This document shows positions 11,105 to 21,372 of a DNA stretch of 64,000 nt, in pieces. Positions within the stretch are counted from its first letter, which is position 1; each line of letters begins with the position of its first letter. The DNA comes from Perkinsela sp. CCAP 1560/9. Taxonomy: Eukaryota > Protista > Euglenozoa: Kinetoplastea. The DNA is taken from assembly GCA_965644495.1 (NCBI GenBank), contig CBFFSA010000001.1:1984001-2048000 (forward strand), in the 5' to 3' direction. A program made the translations under genes and the position numbers. A model generated the notes under the pieces. It searched no databases and was not told where the DNA came from. It was given only the letters and a program-made list of their open reading frames with translations.

Positions 11105-14100
11105 ATGCGTCGACTCTACCCCAAACTCCCCTCCCCCCTCTCCACTACCCCTTTCCTCCTACGACACTTCACCGATGCCACGCAATCCCGCAAACCTCAC
11201 CCCCACGAATCCTTCGTCAACGGACTCCAAACCGAGTTCCTTGACAACCTTCTCACCACGTGGCAAACCACCCCAGCGGCCGTCGACCCCTCCTGGCACC
11301 CCATCCTGGAAAAACTCACCCATGCCCGTCCAGAGGATCCCTTAGTGAAATCCTTTGACCGCTCCCAGGCTCTTGCTCAAGGCTCTGCGCTCGAGGACAC
11401 GCTCTCTTCCACTTCTGAAACATCTTGTGCTGCTGCTGCGGCTGCGGCTTTAGCCTCTCGCAAGGACATCATGGATCACTTCAAGGTGACCTGGATGATA
11501 CGTGCCTATGAGGTCCGTGGACACCGCATCGCGGATGTGGACCCGCTGGCCCCCGTGGGAGATCGGGACACGACCCGGGCCCATGAGCTCCAGCTGCAAC
11601 ACTTTGGGTTTCAGGAGAGTGATTTGAGCCGTGAGTTCCATATGGGGGTAATCCCCGCTCTTGGGGGGATACACGCCGCGAATCAAAAAATGACCTTGCG
11701 TGCGATTGTGGAGAAGCTCCACAAAACGTACTGTCAGAAGGTAGGCTATGAGTTTACCCATATTGTGGATGCGCGTCGGGCACGGTGGATGCGGGAGCGT
11801 ATTGCGGCACCGCAGCCCCCGACGGTGGCGGAGAGAAAGGCGTGTTTGCATGATCTTGTGCGTACGTTCTCGTTTGAGCGCACGTTGCTTTCGGAGTTTG
11901 CGGACGCGACACGGTATGGGATTTCCGGTGTAGAGGTACTGATTCCGGTAATGAAACTGCTGGTGCGCCACGCCGCCGCGAGTGGGGTGCGGGAGATTGT
12001 GATTGGCGGCACCCACCGGGGGCGGTTCAACATGCTCGCCCACGTACTGAGCACCGACATGGGGTTTGTACTGCAGCAGCTGTACGATCACAAAAACGGC
12101 ACCCCCCACCGCACCGAGTCCCGCGACATCCTCGCCAACCAAGGCTACGGCCTCGAACGTGCCACCCTTAACGGTGACCGCATCCGTCTCACCCTCCTCC
12201 CCAACGCCACCCACGCCGAGAGCGTAAGCCCCCTCGTCGCGGGCTACGTCCGTGCCCGACAACACTACGACCAAGCCGACCCCCACCGCACCCGTACCCT
12301 CGCCGTCCTCCTCCACGGCGACGGCGGTTTCGCCTCCCAGGGGGTCGCCTACGAGACCACCGGCCTCTCCGACCTCCAGTTCCACAACATCGGCGGCACC
12401 CTCCACCTGGTCCTCAACAACCGTCTCGCCCACACCGCCTCCCCCTCCCAGTACCGCGGCCCCACCGCTGCTGCCGCCTGCACCAACCTCGCCCTCCCCG
12501 TCCAGGCCCCCGTGTTCCACGTCAACGCGGACGACCCCGACGGGGCCCTGCGGGTCGTGCGGCTCGCGCTGGACTACCGCGGGGCGTTCCACCAGGACGC
12601 GATCGTGGACCTGGTGTGCTACCGGGCCCACGGCCACAGCGAGACGGACGACCCGACGGTGGCCCACCCGCAGCTGTACCGCACCGTCGCGCGGCACCCC
12701 GACGTGCTGTCGCAGTACGCGGGGCGGCTGGTGGGGGAGGGGGTGGTGGGGGCGGGGGAGGTCGGGGGGGTGGAGGCGGGGGTGAACCGGGAGCTGCGGG
12801 GGGCGCTGGCGAATGTGAAGAGGGGGAGCGTGAGTGGGTGGGAGAGGGGGGCGAGGGCAGGGGGTACGGGGGCGGGGACGACGGCGACAACGGTGGTGGG
12901 GGGGAGTTGTGTGGCGTTGCCGGGGGTGACGGGGGTGGGGAGGGAGGGGTTGCGGGATTTGGGGAAAAGGTTGGCAAAGCTGCCGGAGGGGTTTGATCCG
13001 CACCCGACGTTGCGGCGGATTTTGGAGGAGAGGGCCAAGCATTATGATTCTGGGGAGGGGTTGGATTGGGGAGCGGCGGAGGCGTTGGCGTTTGCGTCGT
13101 TGCTGCAGGAAGGGGTTCATGTACGGGTCAGTGGGCAAGATGTCGAGCGTGGGACGTTTTCTCACCGGCACGCGCTGTTGGTGGATGTGAACACTGCGAA
13201 GGTGACCATTCCGCTGGCGAATTTCCTGCCTGGGGTCCAGGCCCCGTTTCGGATTGTCAACTCCTCGTTGTCGGAGTATGCCGTCTGTGGATATGAGTTA
13301 GGGTATAGCACGGCGAATCCGAATGCGGTCGTGATCTGGGAAGCGCAATTTGGAGATTTTGCAAACGGTGCCCAGGTGATTTTCGACCAGTATCTGAGCT
13401 CCATGGAGTGGAAATGGGGTACCGCTGTGACTGGGTTGGTGGTGAATCTCCCCCATGGGTACGACGGCATGGGCCCGGAGCACTCCAGCGGGCGAATTGA
13501 GCGGTTTCTACAAGGTAGTGATGATGACGAGGAGCTCCCGATGGCGTTGCTGCGCAAGAACCGCGTCTTGCTGCGTCAAGTCTCTGAGAATCGTGACCTG
13601 AACTTGCTTTACCCCGTGTTGGAGGACATGATTCGCACGTACAACTGGCAGGTGTGCTTCCCCTCGACGCCTGCGAATTACTTCCACGTGCTACGAAGAC
13701 AGGTGCACCGTGCTTTCCGTAAGCCGTTGATTAATTTTTACAGCAAAGCGTTTCTCCGAGCCCCAAACATTTCCAGCTACGCCGAGATGGGGACCGGTAC
13801 GCTCTTCCAGCCGATCATCGATGACCCAAGCGTGACGCACTACGACAAAGTTAAGAAGGTGATCTTGTGCACGGGGCAAATCTATTTCCATCTAAGAAAG
13901 CACCGCGACAGCAGCAAAAAAGCGTGTAAATTGGCTTTGGTACGATTGGAACAACTCTCCCCCTTTCCGTGGCTACACGTAGATGCCGTGCTCTCTCGCT
14001 ACCCGAACAAAGTGGCTATCTCGTGGGCCCAGGAGGAGCCCATGAACATGGGAGCGTGGAACTACGTAGAGCCCCGGCTACATAATCTCCTCTCTTTCCA

Positions 14101-14224
14101 TCACAGGAAAACTACTGTTCGCTACGTGGGACGACCGCCCGCGGCAGCCAGCGCAGTGGGAGCGAAATCCATGCACGATGCCGAGATCGCGCGGTACTTA
14201 GAAGAGGCTATGAGCGGTATTTAG
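11105..14224 (+). CDS. OGDH: 2-oxoglutarate dehydrogenase E1, paralog A (degenerate PP/alpha half-site, canonical Pyr/beta half-site)
   Basis: Full E1o architecture; GQDVERGTFSHRH, SSLSE, WEAQFGDFANGAQ, LPHGYDGMGPEHSSGR intact; ATG 11105 gives an MRRLY presequence (ORF is open from 11012). Confidence 0.92.
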   Translation: MRRLYPKLPSPLSTTPFLLRHFTDATQSRKPHPHESFVNGLQTEFLDNLLTTWQTTPAAVDPSWHPILEKLTHARPEDPLVKSFDRSQALAQGSALEDTLSSTSETSCAAAAAAALASRKDIMDHFKVTWMIRAYEVRGHRIADVDPLAPVGDRDTTRAHELQLQHFGFQESDLSREFHMGVIPALGGIHAANQKMTLRAIVEKLHKTYCQKVGYEFTHIVDARRARWMRERIAAPQPPTVAERKACLHDLVRTFSFERTLLSEFADATRYGISGVEVLIPVMKLLVRHAAASGVREIVIGGTHRGRFNMLAHVLSTDMGFVLQQLYDHKNGTPHRTESRDILANQGYGLERATLNGDRIRLTLLPNATHAESVSPLVAGYVRARQHYDQADPHRTRTLAVLLHGDGGFASQGVAYETTGLSDLQFHNIGGTLHLVLNNRLAHTASPSQYRGPTAAAACTNLALPVQAPVFHVNADDPDGALRVVRLALDYRGAFHQDAIVDLVCYRAHGHSETDDPTVAHPQLYRTVARHPDVLSQYAGRLVGEGVVGAGEVGGVEAGVNRELRGALANVKRGSVSGWERGARAGGTGAGTTATTVVGGSCVALPGVTGVGREGLRDLGKRLAKLPEGFDPHPTLRRILEERAKHYDSGEGLDWGAAEALAFASLLQEGVHVRVSGQDVERGTFSHRHALLVDVNTAKVTIPLANFLPGVQAPFRIVNSSLSEYAVCGYELGYSTANPNAVVIWEAQFGDFANGAQVIFDQYLSSMEWKWGTAVTGLVVNLPHGYDGMGPEHSSGRIERFLQGSDDDEELPMALLRKNRVLLRQVSENRDLNLLYPVLEDMIRTYNWQVCFPSTPANYFHVLRRQVHRAFRKPLINFYSKAFLRAPNISSYAEMGTGTLFQPIIDDPSVTHYDKVKKVILCTGQIYFHLRKHRDSSKKACKLALVRLEQLSPFPWLHVDAVLSRYPNKVAISWAQEEPMNMGAWNYVEPRLHNLLSFHHRKTTVRYVGRPPAAASAVGAKSMHDAEIARYLEEAMSGI

Positions 14225-14405
14225 GGTTCGCTGTGTCTTCAGCAGGGAAGTGCTAATTTTAGATTGAGAATTCTGAACCATTTTTTCATGTAATTCAATG
14301 CATTTTTTTCGTTTCTTACGTTCCCTTAATAATTAAATTTTGTGCTGATAATCTGTTTCTTCCAACTGTCCTATTGAAGCGCTTTGTGATACAATGTATA
14401 CACCA

Positions 14406-14454
14406 ATGACACGTTACATCACTAGGCACTATGACACGTTACATCACTAGGCAC
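14406..14454. repeat. 25-bp tandem duplication between the E1 paralogs
   Basis: atgacacgttacatcactaggcac x2. Confidence 0.9.
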
Positions 14455-14580
14455 AAATAAAATGCGCTTTTCATCAGCCCTTCTGACGACTCTCCATTAT
14501 TTTTACCACAAAACAGTATTTTTCTTCTTTCTCTTCCACACTTCCTCTTCCATTCTTCCTCCCCCCTCTCCCTTCCTTTC

Positions 14581-17562
14581 ATGATGCGACGCGTCACTCC
14601 CCGTCTCCACACCGCCACTCCCCGACGCTACCCCCTCCACCCGTGCGACAACTTCCTTACCCCAGAAAACGCCTCCTATCTCGACACCCTCCCCCCAGAC
14701 ACCGCCCCTCCCCCACCCCACCCTACCCCCAGCCTCGATCCCCCCACCTGGGCCTCTCTCCTTCACAAAGCCGATGACCTCCCACGAGAGCAGCCGTTGC
14801 TACGCTCCACCTTTCGACCGCTCTCTTCTTCTTCATCTTCTTCTCATCCCCACAAATCTTCTTCCCCTTCTTCTCTTCACAACGTTTCTGTGAACTACTC
14901 TATGAGCGAGGCGGCACGGCTAGCCTGGATGTGTCGCGCCTGGCAAGTCCACGGTCACCTCACCGCCACCCTTGACCCGTTGAATTTACACCAAGGCATG
15001 CTGCGGATGCCCGACTCCTTTGGGGTGCGCGTGGAGGAACTCGAGCCCGCGTACTTTGGATTCACCGAGGCCGACCTCGAGCGCTCGTTTTATCTCGGCA
15101 TGTCCTCCACGAAAGGGGGACTGCTCGGGGAGGACACCACCATGACCCTACGGGAGCTCCATGCGAAGTTAAAAAGTATTTATGGACAGAAAATTGGGTA
15201 CCAGTTTATGCATCTCGCGGAGCCGGAGTGTGCAAAATGGTTCCGGGATCGGATCGAGACCCCGGAGCACTATCCGGAGTATTTGGGGTTCTCCACGGAG
15301 GAGAAGCTGGATGTGCTGCATCACCTGGCGCGTGGGGAACTCTTCGAGCAGTTTCTCCACACGAAATTTGTCGGGAGTAAACGGTTTGGGCTGGATGGTG
15401 GGGAGTCGCTGATTCCGGGGATGATGGAAATGATCCAACGCGCGGCCTCTCATGGGGTGGAGCACATTGTGTTGGGGATGCCCCACCGTGGGAGGCTATC
15501 GGTACTCACCAATGTGTGTGGGAAATCCATGGAGGCGCTTTTTAAGGAATTTAAGGGACTCACGCTGGATGATATGCAGGGTGAGGGTTCCGGAGATGTG
15601 AAGTATCACTTGGGGATGACTAACCGACGGGTGTTGAAGAATGGCAGCGCCATCCAGCTCAGTCTGCTTGCGAATCCAAGTCACCTTGAGGCGGTGAACC
15701 CGTTAGTGGAGGGTAAGGCACGGGCGAAGCAACACTGTCTTGGGGACACCTCCCGGGACCGGGTGATGGCCGTCCAGCTGCACGGCGATGCGGCGTTTGC
15801 GGGCCAGGGCGTGTGCTACGAGACCATGGGTCTCGGCGAGTTGGAGTCATTTAGCACTGGGGGAACCATTCATATTGTGGTGAACAACCAGATCGGGTTC
15901 ACCACGGACCCGAAAAAGTCACGCTCCTCCCCGTATTGCACCGATCTCGGGCGTGTGTTTGGGTGTCCGGTGCTGCACGTGAACGGGGATAGCCCAGAGG
16001 ACGTTGCCCGGGTGTTTCGCCTGGCCGCAGATTTCCGTAAAGAGTTCAAAAAATCCATCATCGTCGACCTCGTGTGCTACCGCCGCTTCGGCCACAACGA
16101 GACCGACGAACCCATGTTCACCCAACCCCTCATGTACCGCGCCATCAAAAACCACCCCACCATTCTCACCCAATACACCCAAAAACTCATCTCCGAGAAC
16201 TGCATCACCCCGGAAGAAACCCAAACCCTCCACCACACCATCACCCAAGCCCTCCGCGCCTCCCTCACCCACCTCGACGCCTACACCCTTACCAAATCCG
16301 AGTGGTACGACTCCTACTGGAAAAACTTCCGCAAGGCCTCCCATGTCTTTGCCAAGCTCTACCCCACCCAAGTCTCCGGGGAGGTCCTCCGCGAGCTCTC
16401 CACTCTGGTCATCCAAGTCCCCCCGCGTATTGCGCTTCACCCGAAGTTAGCCTCCCTGTTCAAGGCCCGGCAGCACACGCTGGACACCGGCAAGGGGATC
16501 GGCTGGGCCACGGCAGAGGCCCTGGCCTTTGGGAGTCTCCTGCAGGAGGGGATCCACGTGCGGCTCAGTGGGCAGGACGTCGCGAAGGGGAGCTACCACC
16601 AGCGGCACGCGGTGGTGCGGGACGCGCTGACGGGGGTGGAGTACAGCCCGCTGAAGAACATGTCGAGTGGACGGTTCGTGCTGTGCGACAGCCCCGGGGG
16701 GAACTACGGGGTGCTGGGGTACGAGCTGGGGTACTCCATGGAGAGCCCACAGGCGCTGGTGATCTGGGAGGCCCCGGAGGGGGAGTTGGTGAACAGTGCA
16801 CAGATTGTGGTGGATCAGTTTATTGCGTCCGGGGAGGCGAAGTGGGGTCGGCAGTGTGGGTTGGTGGTGGCGTTGCCGGTGGGGTGTGAGGGGGAGGGAC
16901 CGGATTTGTCGGGGGCTCGGGTGGAGAGGTTTTTGCAGGCGGTGGATGAGGAGGTGGCGGAGGATGCGGAGGGGTATGGGCCGAATTCTCATGCGAGGGT
17001 GAATATGGAGGTGGTGAGCCCGACGACGCCGGCGAATTACTTTCATTTGTTACGGCGCCAAATTCATCGGAATTTTCGTAAGCCGTTGGTGTTGTTCCTG
17101 CCGAAGACCACCGTAGGTAGTGCAAAGGAGGAGTTGGTGGATTCTGAGTTCGCCCCGGTGATCGCGGACGAGGCACGCTGTTCGCCGGATGCCGTGACAA
17201 AGGTGGTGCTGTGCTGTGGTCCGTTTTATTACCGTCTGTGTGAGGCCTTGTCAGACCTCTCGAAAAAGGACGTCGTACTGGTTCGTGTCGAACAGCTTGC
17301 ACCGTTTCCCGACCGCCTTGTGAAGAAACAGCTTGAGCGATTTCCTAAGGCAAAGGTGGTGTGGGCTCAGGAGGAGCCGCGGAATATGGGCGCCTGGAGT
17401 TATGTCCGTCCGCGAATTAACGCCGCACTACGCTGTGGGAAAAGGAAACATTCCGAGTTACAGTATCGAGGACCCCGGGCATGCTCCGTGGTGTGTACCG
17501 GGGACAAGCACATATTCGCACAGCAGCAAAAACAGCTTGTTAAATCAGTGTTCGACGAGTAG
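14581..17562 (+). CDS. OGDH: 2-oxoglutarate dehydrogenase E1, paralog B (canonical PP/alpha half-site, degenerate Pyr/beta half-site)
   Basis: KRFGLDGGE, GMPHRGR, GDVKYHLG, NPSHLE, HGDAAFAGQG, NNQIGFTT, RRFGHNE intact; MMRRV presequence. Confidence 0.93.
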   Translation: MMRRVTPRLHTATPRRYPLHPCDNFLTPENASYLDTLPPDTAPPPPHPTPSLDPPTWASLLHKADDLPREQPLLRSTFRPLSSSSSSSHPHKSSSPSSLHNVSVNYSMSEAARLAWMCRAWQVHGHLTATLDPLNLHQGMLRMPDSFGVRVEELEPAYFGFTEADLERSFYLGMSSTKGGLLGEDTTMTLRELHAKLKSIYGQKIGYQFMHLAEPECAKWFRDRIETPEHYPEYLGFSTEEKLDVLHHLARGELFEQFLHTKFVGSKRFGLDGGESLIPGMMEMIQRAASHGVEHIVLGMPHRGRLSVLTNVCGKSMEALFKEFKGLTLDDMQGEGSGDVKYHLGMTNRRVLKNGSAIQLSLLANPSHLEAVNPLVEGKARAKQHCLGDTSRDRVMAVQLHGDAAFAGQGVCYETMGLGELESFSTGGTIHIVVNNQIGFTTDPKKSRSSPYCTDLGRVFGCPVLHVNGDSPEDVARVFRLAADFRKEFKKSIIVDLVCYRRFGHNETDEPMFTQPLMYRAIKNHPTILTQYTQKLISENCITPEETQTLHHTITQALRASLTHLDAYTLTKSEWYDSYWKNFRKASHVFAKLYPTQVSGEVLRELSTLVIQVPPRIALHPKLASLFKARQHTLDTGKGIGWATAEALAFGSLLQEGIHVRLSGQDVAKGSYHQRHAVVRDALTGVEYSPLKNMSSGRFVLCDSPGGNYGVLGYELGYSMESPQALVIWEAPEGELVNSAQIVVDQFIASGEAKWGRQCGLVVALPVGCEGEGPDLSGARVERFLQAVDEEVAEDAEGYGPNSHARVNMEVVSPTTPANYFHLLRRQIHRNFRKPLVLFLPKTTVGSAKEELVDSEFAPVIADEARCSPDAVTKVVLCCGPFYYRLCEALSDLSKKDVVLVRVEQLAPFPDRLVKKQLERFPKAKVVWAQEEPRNMGAWSYVRPRINAALRCGKRKHSELQYRGPRACSVVCTGDKHIFAQQQKQLVKSVFDE

Positions 17563-17753
17563 GTTCATTTTTTCTTGAGATTTTACAGGTATGAGATGAT
17601 AAATAATGCGCAGGAGGTTTCTTAAGAAGTGTATGTGGAGCTAAGACTCCAATTATGGGTTTTGACTTGTAAGAGCTTATGTAATGAAGTATGTTGCCCC
17701 TCTTGTTTCTAATGCTTTTCTTTCTTCCGTTACATTGATTACATTTCGGTATC

Positions 17754-19406
17754 TTGGACAAACATTTTCATCCGAATTTTCGGATTCTTGTTCAGAATAC
17801 GCATGCAATTATTCTTTGTTTTGGTTGTCTTAGGGATACGCTTGCCTACGTTTTTTGTATCACTAATTTTGCCCTTTTGCATGTTCACCAGTGGGTCACG
17901 GCGGGCCACGGTGGGTCCAGCATATTATGCTTTTGCACCGAGCAAAACTGCGAGCTGTGCCTGTCAGGAACACTTCTCCGGTTGTGCATTTGCTGCCGTC
18001 ATCTGTGGTACCCTTTGCTCCATCAAGTAGACTTCGCTGCTGAAACACTGGATTCACTTGTCAGCTCACAAATTTGCTCTCGCCAAAAAACGTATTTTGA
18101 GTATGTGACCAAGACAGTAGTCCCGTACTTACGTTCTTTAGGAACACCCTCCGATGTTTTCCTCTCACTGGAACTGCTGGAATTAAGGGTTAAAGAGTGT
18201 TTAGGTCATCGAGAACTTTTTATCCCGGAATCGGGAGCTTATAGCGGTTGTACAAAACGTTTCTCGTATTCAGATCGAGCATGTGGCGATGCTTCTATGC
18301 GGTACTCCGGGTGGAAGTTATTTGCTGTTCGATTGCCTAATGCTTTTGTAGCGAAGAGCAGTCGAATGTTATCTTCACAAAGAGCCATACGGCGTAAGAA
18401 AAAATGGCCAATTAAGATTGACTGCAGCTTTCCTCCTTCAAACTCTGCACCACTTTTCATAGAGTGGAAACTTAAAAATGCCACCTTACCTGTTTGGAAT
18501 ACACGCGTCAAAACGCTTAAATTTCTACGATCGGGGTATTGCAACAACGACAACGTCGCGTTACTCTACCGTGTTTGTCACTACTGTCTGAAATATGGAG
18601 CGCCTAGCAACGTATACTGTCCGCTGGAAATCTTTTCGTTAGATTTTTCTCGCGCATGTCGAGCAGTCGCATCGCTTCTGCTGGATTATTTATCCTATTC
18701 TCGCGCGGTACCGTGTCAGTCCATGAACAGCAGAGAGAGACTAAGAGCAAGACAAGATTTTTCTGATACACTAACTGAAACAAATGTCGGTAGGTGGCCT
18801 ATCACACTGCACACTCCTATCCCATCAAGCTACGAAATACTTCACACTATTCCGAGGATCATTGAAATACTGTTTCAAAGTCGCATCCTGCCTTCTCTAC
18901 GGCTTGCACAACAACGAAACCGATTTACCGCACACGGCTTGCTGTGTCTAGAAAAAACGTTAGAAAATCTTATTTTGGTCGAAGGCAGAGAATCCGAAAA
19001 TTACTTGCGTTTCATGCATGATTGTCTTACGCACGTTCTCGAATCGCCTACCGAATTCCCTATTTGTCACCGCACACCAAATAAAAAAATATTGTGCGAA
19101 GAACTGATAAATGAAGAAACTAATAAATGTGAGACTAGTGCAAAAGCCGTTATGTCAAAGTCCAATGCAAGGAGTTCCAAAGAGTTGCTTCAAAACCTGC
19201 AGGCGCTAATCTACAAGGCTAGAGAAATTTATTTCCTTGCCACTTCTGTACGTGACTGCAGTGTTCTCATGGTGGTCCCTTCCTTTTCCCAGGCTGTTTC
19301 CCTTCCGACTGTGTCACTCATCGATTTCGATGACAAAAGCCACAAAGGACTATTACATTATGTCAAGCAAGAGATCGCACTATGTAAAGAGTATCAGAAC
19401 GCTTAG
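17754..19406 (+). CDS. IPK1: Inositol-pentakisphosphate 2-kinase-like; start uncertain
   Basis: WVTAGHGG (about GEGG), IEWKLK (about EIKPK), YCPLEIFS, ATSVRDCSVL, LIDFDDK. Confidence 0.7.
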   Translation: MDKHFHPNFRILVQNTHAIILCFGCLRDTLAYVFCITNFALLHVHQWVTAGHGGSSILCFCTEQNCELCLSGTLLRLCICCRHLWYPLLHQVDFAAETLDSLVSSQICSRQKTYFEYVTKTVVPYLRSLGTPSDVFLSLELLELRVKECLGHRELFIPESGAYSGCTKRFSYSDRACGDASMRYSGWKLFAVRLPNAFVAKSSRMLSSQRAIRRKKKWPIKIDCSFPPSNSAPLFIEWKLKNATLPVWNTRVKTLKFLRSGYCNNDNVALLYRVCHYCLKYGAPSNVYCPLEIFSLDFSRACRAVASLLLDYLSYSRAVPCQSMNSRERLRARQDFSDTLTETNVGRWPITLHTPIPSSYEILHTIPRIIEILFQSRILPSLRLAQQRNRFTAHGLLCLEKTLENLILVEGRESENYLRFMHDCLTHVLESPTEFPICHRTPNKKILCEELINEETNKCETSAKAVMSKSNARSSKELLQNLQALIYKAREIYFLATSVRDCSVLMVVPSFSQAVSLPTVSLIDFDDKSHKGLLHYVKQEIALCKEYQNA

Positions 19407-19503
19407 AAAGCGGTGTGGTCGTCTTTTTAAAAGTCTTTATCGTATTCTCTTTTTTTAGCTCGAAATAACGTACTGAACCAGCAACAACGAATCATTGTCT
19501 ATT

Positions 19504-20130
19504 TTAACAATTATGAAGGACATATTCGGTCGTAGCTGTGGCCGCTGTCAATATCTGAGCGTTGTCACGCTGGATCGCTACCTCGATGGCCATTAGGGCG
19601 TGCTTTATAAAGCCTCTTGGATTTGGAGTTTATCTCCCCAATTTCCTCAAAAAGGAGAGTGTCGCATTTCCCTGTACTCCGAAAACCGTAAATGCTAACG
19701 GGAAGAGGGTCATCCCCTCTCACTTGCCAACCCTCCATACTTCTTGAGTATGTCAGCTTCAGCTTTTTGGGCCGTGCTGCCCGGATATTTGACTTTAACC
19801 TCTACGTAGAAAGCAGCAAATGGTTGACGATGGTTACGTCGACGAGAACAACTTGATTCCCGACTAGCAAGCACACGTCTGGCCCGCTTCCATCCTCGAA
19901 ACGCGGTTCGTGAGGGTCTGGACGGAAGCCATGTTGACGGAGTATGCGCAGGAAGCACTCTTTAACAAGTGCGTGGCGTGTTGCTGCTATCTTGCCTCGG
20001 ACTCGGCGGCCCATGTATCGCAAATTTATCACTTGGGTAGGATTCACCGCAGGTGCATTGAATTTCTTGCCTGAATGATGGCGGAAGGAGGTAACAACGT
20101 CGGAGAGCTGTCTGCCACTCTGAGTTCGAC
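19504..20130 (-). mobile_element. 3' fragment of a CRE/SLACS/CZAR-like non-LTR retrotransposon (Zn knuckle plus REL endonuclease), degenerate
   Basis: Across frameshifts: CTCGE..H, TRHALVK, HEPR, GPDV, VDVTIVN, AE..ILKKY, FPLAFTVFG, IEVAIQRDNA. Confidence 0.75.
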
Positions 20131-20241
20131 ATCATGTATTCTCTTTTTAAAATTTCAGCTGTAAAAATCTTTTTACGTTCAATACGGGTTACAATACTCT
20201 AAACAGAAAAAAGAATAGTTTTGAGTTTTCGCTGTTTCTCA

Positions 20242-21195
20242 ATGGTATCAGCAGAGTCTCTGTTTCACCAAATCGACTCACAACAATTCATAACCACTCG
20301 GCTAGCTGAGATATGCTGGGAGAGATTGCAGGAGAGTATTGAGGACAAAGTAGCTACGCTCGTCAGCCAGTACGTAAAGAAGCATGCCGTTCCCTCCAAC
20401 CGTGGGCTTCTTCGAGATATTTACATTGCACGAGCCACAGATGCTCTGATGTCCTCCATTTGCGATTTCTCGCTGAACAATAGCGCGAAGCAAAATTCTC
20501 CATCTGTAAACTCAGCAAACTCCAAAGCAAATGAGCCGAATCGGCTAAGAGAGTATGTTGTACGAGAGTCGTGCGAACTATTATGTGCGCCTGGGCCATC
20601 TGGAATGGAATACTTGCAAAATGAAACTCAGTTTTCGGAGACCGTCTACAAGGCAATGGAACAGAGCTTACGAGAGTTGCAAAGAAAAGAACAGGAAGAC
20701 TATCTTAAGCTCTGGACGGAGCTTGATGAGGTTTCTTCACGTCGAGGGCACGTTCACTCAACGCGCGAAAATGAAAAAGTATCTGAAAGAAGCAAAGCTG
20801 TTTACTCAAAGAAAAAATCTCGTCCAGATTTGTCGATGAAGAAACGTGTGCTGCAAAAACCAACGTCTATCAAAGAGGAAACGGTGGAAATCTTAAAAAG
20901 GGAACATCCTTTATCTCCTCAAAAAGTTTCAGAAGCGAAGGCACACAAAAATAGAGAAACGGGAAACTCTAGGAACGTGAGTACGAAGAGTGTATCTTCA
21001 AAAAGCTCTAGCACTGATGAAAGAGTCGCTATGAAAGAGGCACAAAGAACTGATGCAGCTGTCCCTACCAAATCGCGTCGCGTTCGCGTGCTTCTCCGAA
21101 GCTCACACGAAGCACCATATGAAAGGTCGCCTCCTGAAAACAAAATTTTTATCAAACGAGGTGTAAAAATAGTTCCTCCTTCAATAGGAAACTAG
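20242..21195 (+). CDS. Hypothetical protein
   Basis: About 317-aa ORF with helical N-half and basic disordered C-half. Confidence 0.6.
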   Translation: MVSAESLFHQIDSQQFITTRLAEICWERLQESIEDKVATLVSQYVKKHAVPSNRGLLRDIYIARATDALMSSICDFSLNNSAKQNSPSVNSANSKANEPNRLREYVVRESCELLCAPGPSGMEYLQNETQFSETVYKAMEQSLRELQRKEQEDYLKLWTELDEVSSRRGHVHSTRENEKVSERSKAVYSKKKSRPDLSMKKRVLQKPTSIKEETVEILKREHPLSPQKVSEAKAHKNRETGNSRNVSTKSVSSKSSSTDERVAMKEAQRTDAAVPTKSRRVRVLLRSSHEAPYERSPPENKIFIKRGVKIVPPSIGN

Positions 21196-21372
21196 TGTGC
21201 GATTTCGGATTGCATTCACCTTTTTTTGTATTGCACAAACATAATGTATATGCTCTTTTTCCTCATTTTCTCCATTACTTCACCAACGCTTTTCCCTTCC
21301 CCATTATCACCCTATTTTGATAAAAACAAAAACGATAGTTTTCCTTCCCTACCCATTCTACCCCACCACAAC

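Noticed and set aside
11450-13171. Long antisense and alternate-frame ORFs (573 aa here; others at 16.0-17.3, 27.5-28.7, 38.9-39.9 and 44.7-46.0 kb)
   Set aside because: Shadow ORFs caused by stop-poor GC-skewed sequence over real genes; low-complexity products without motifs.
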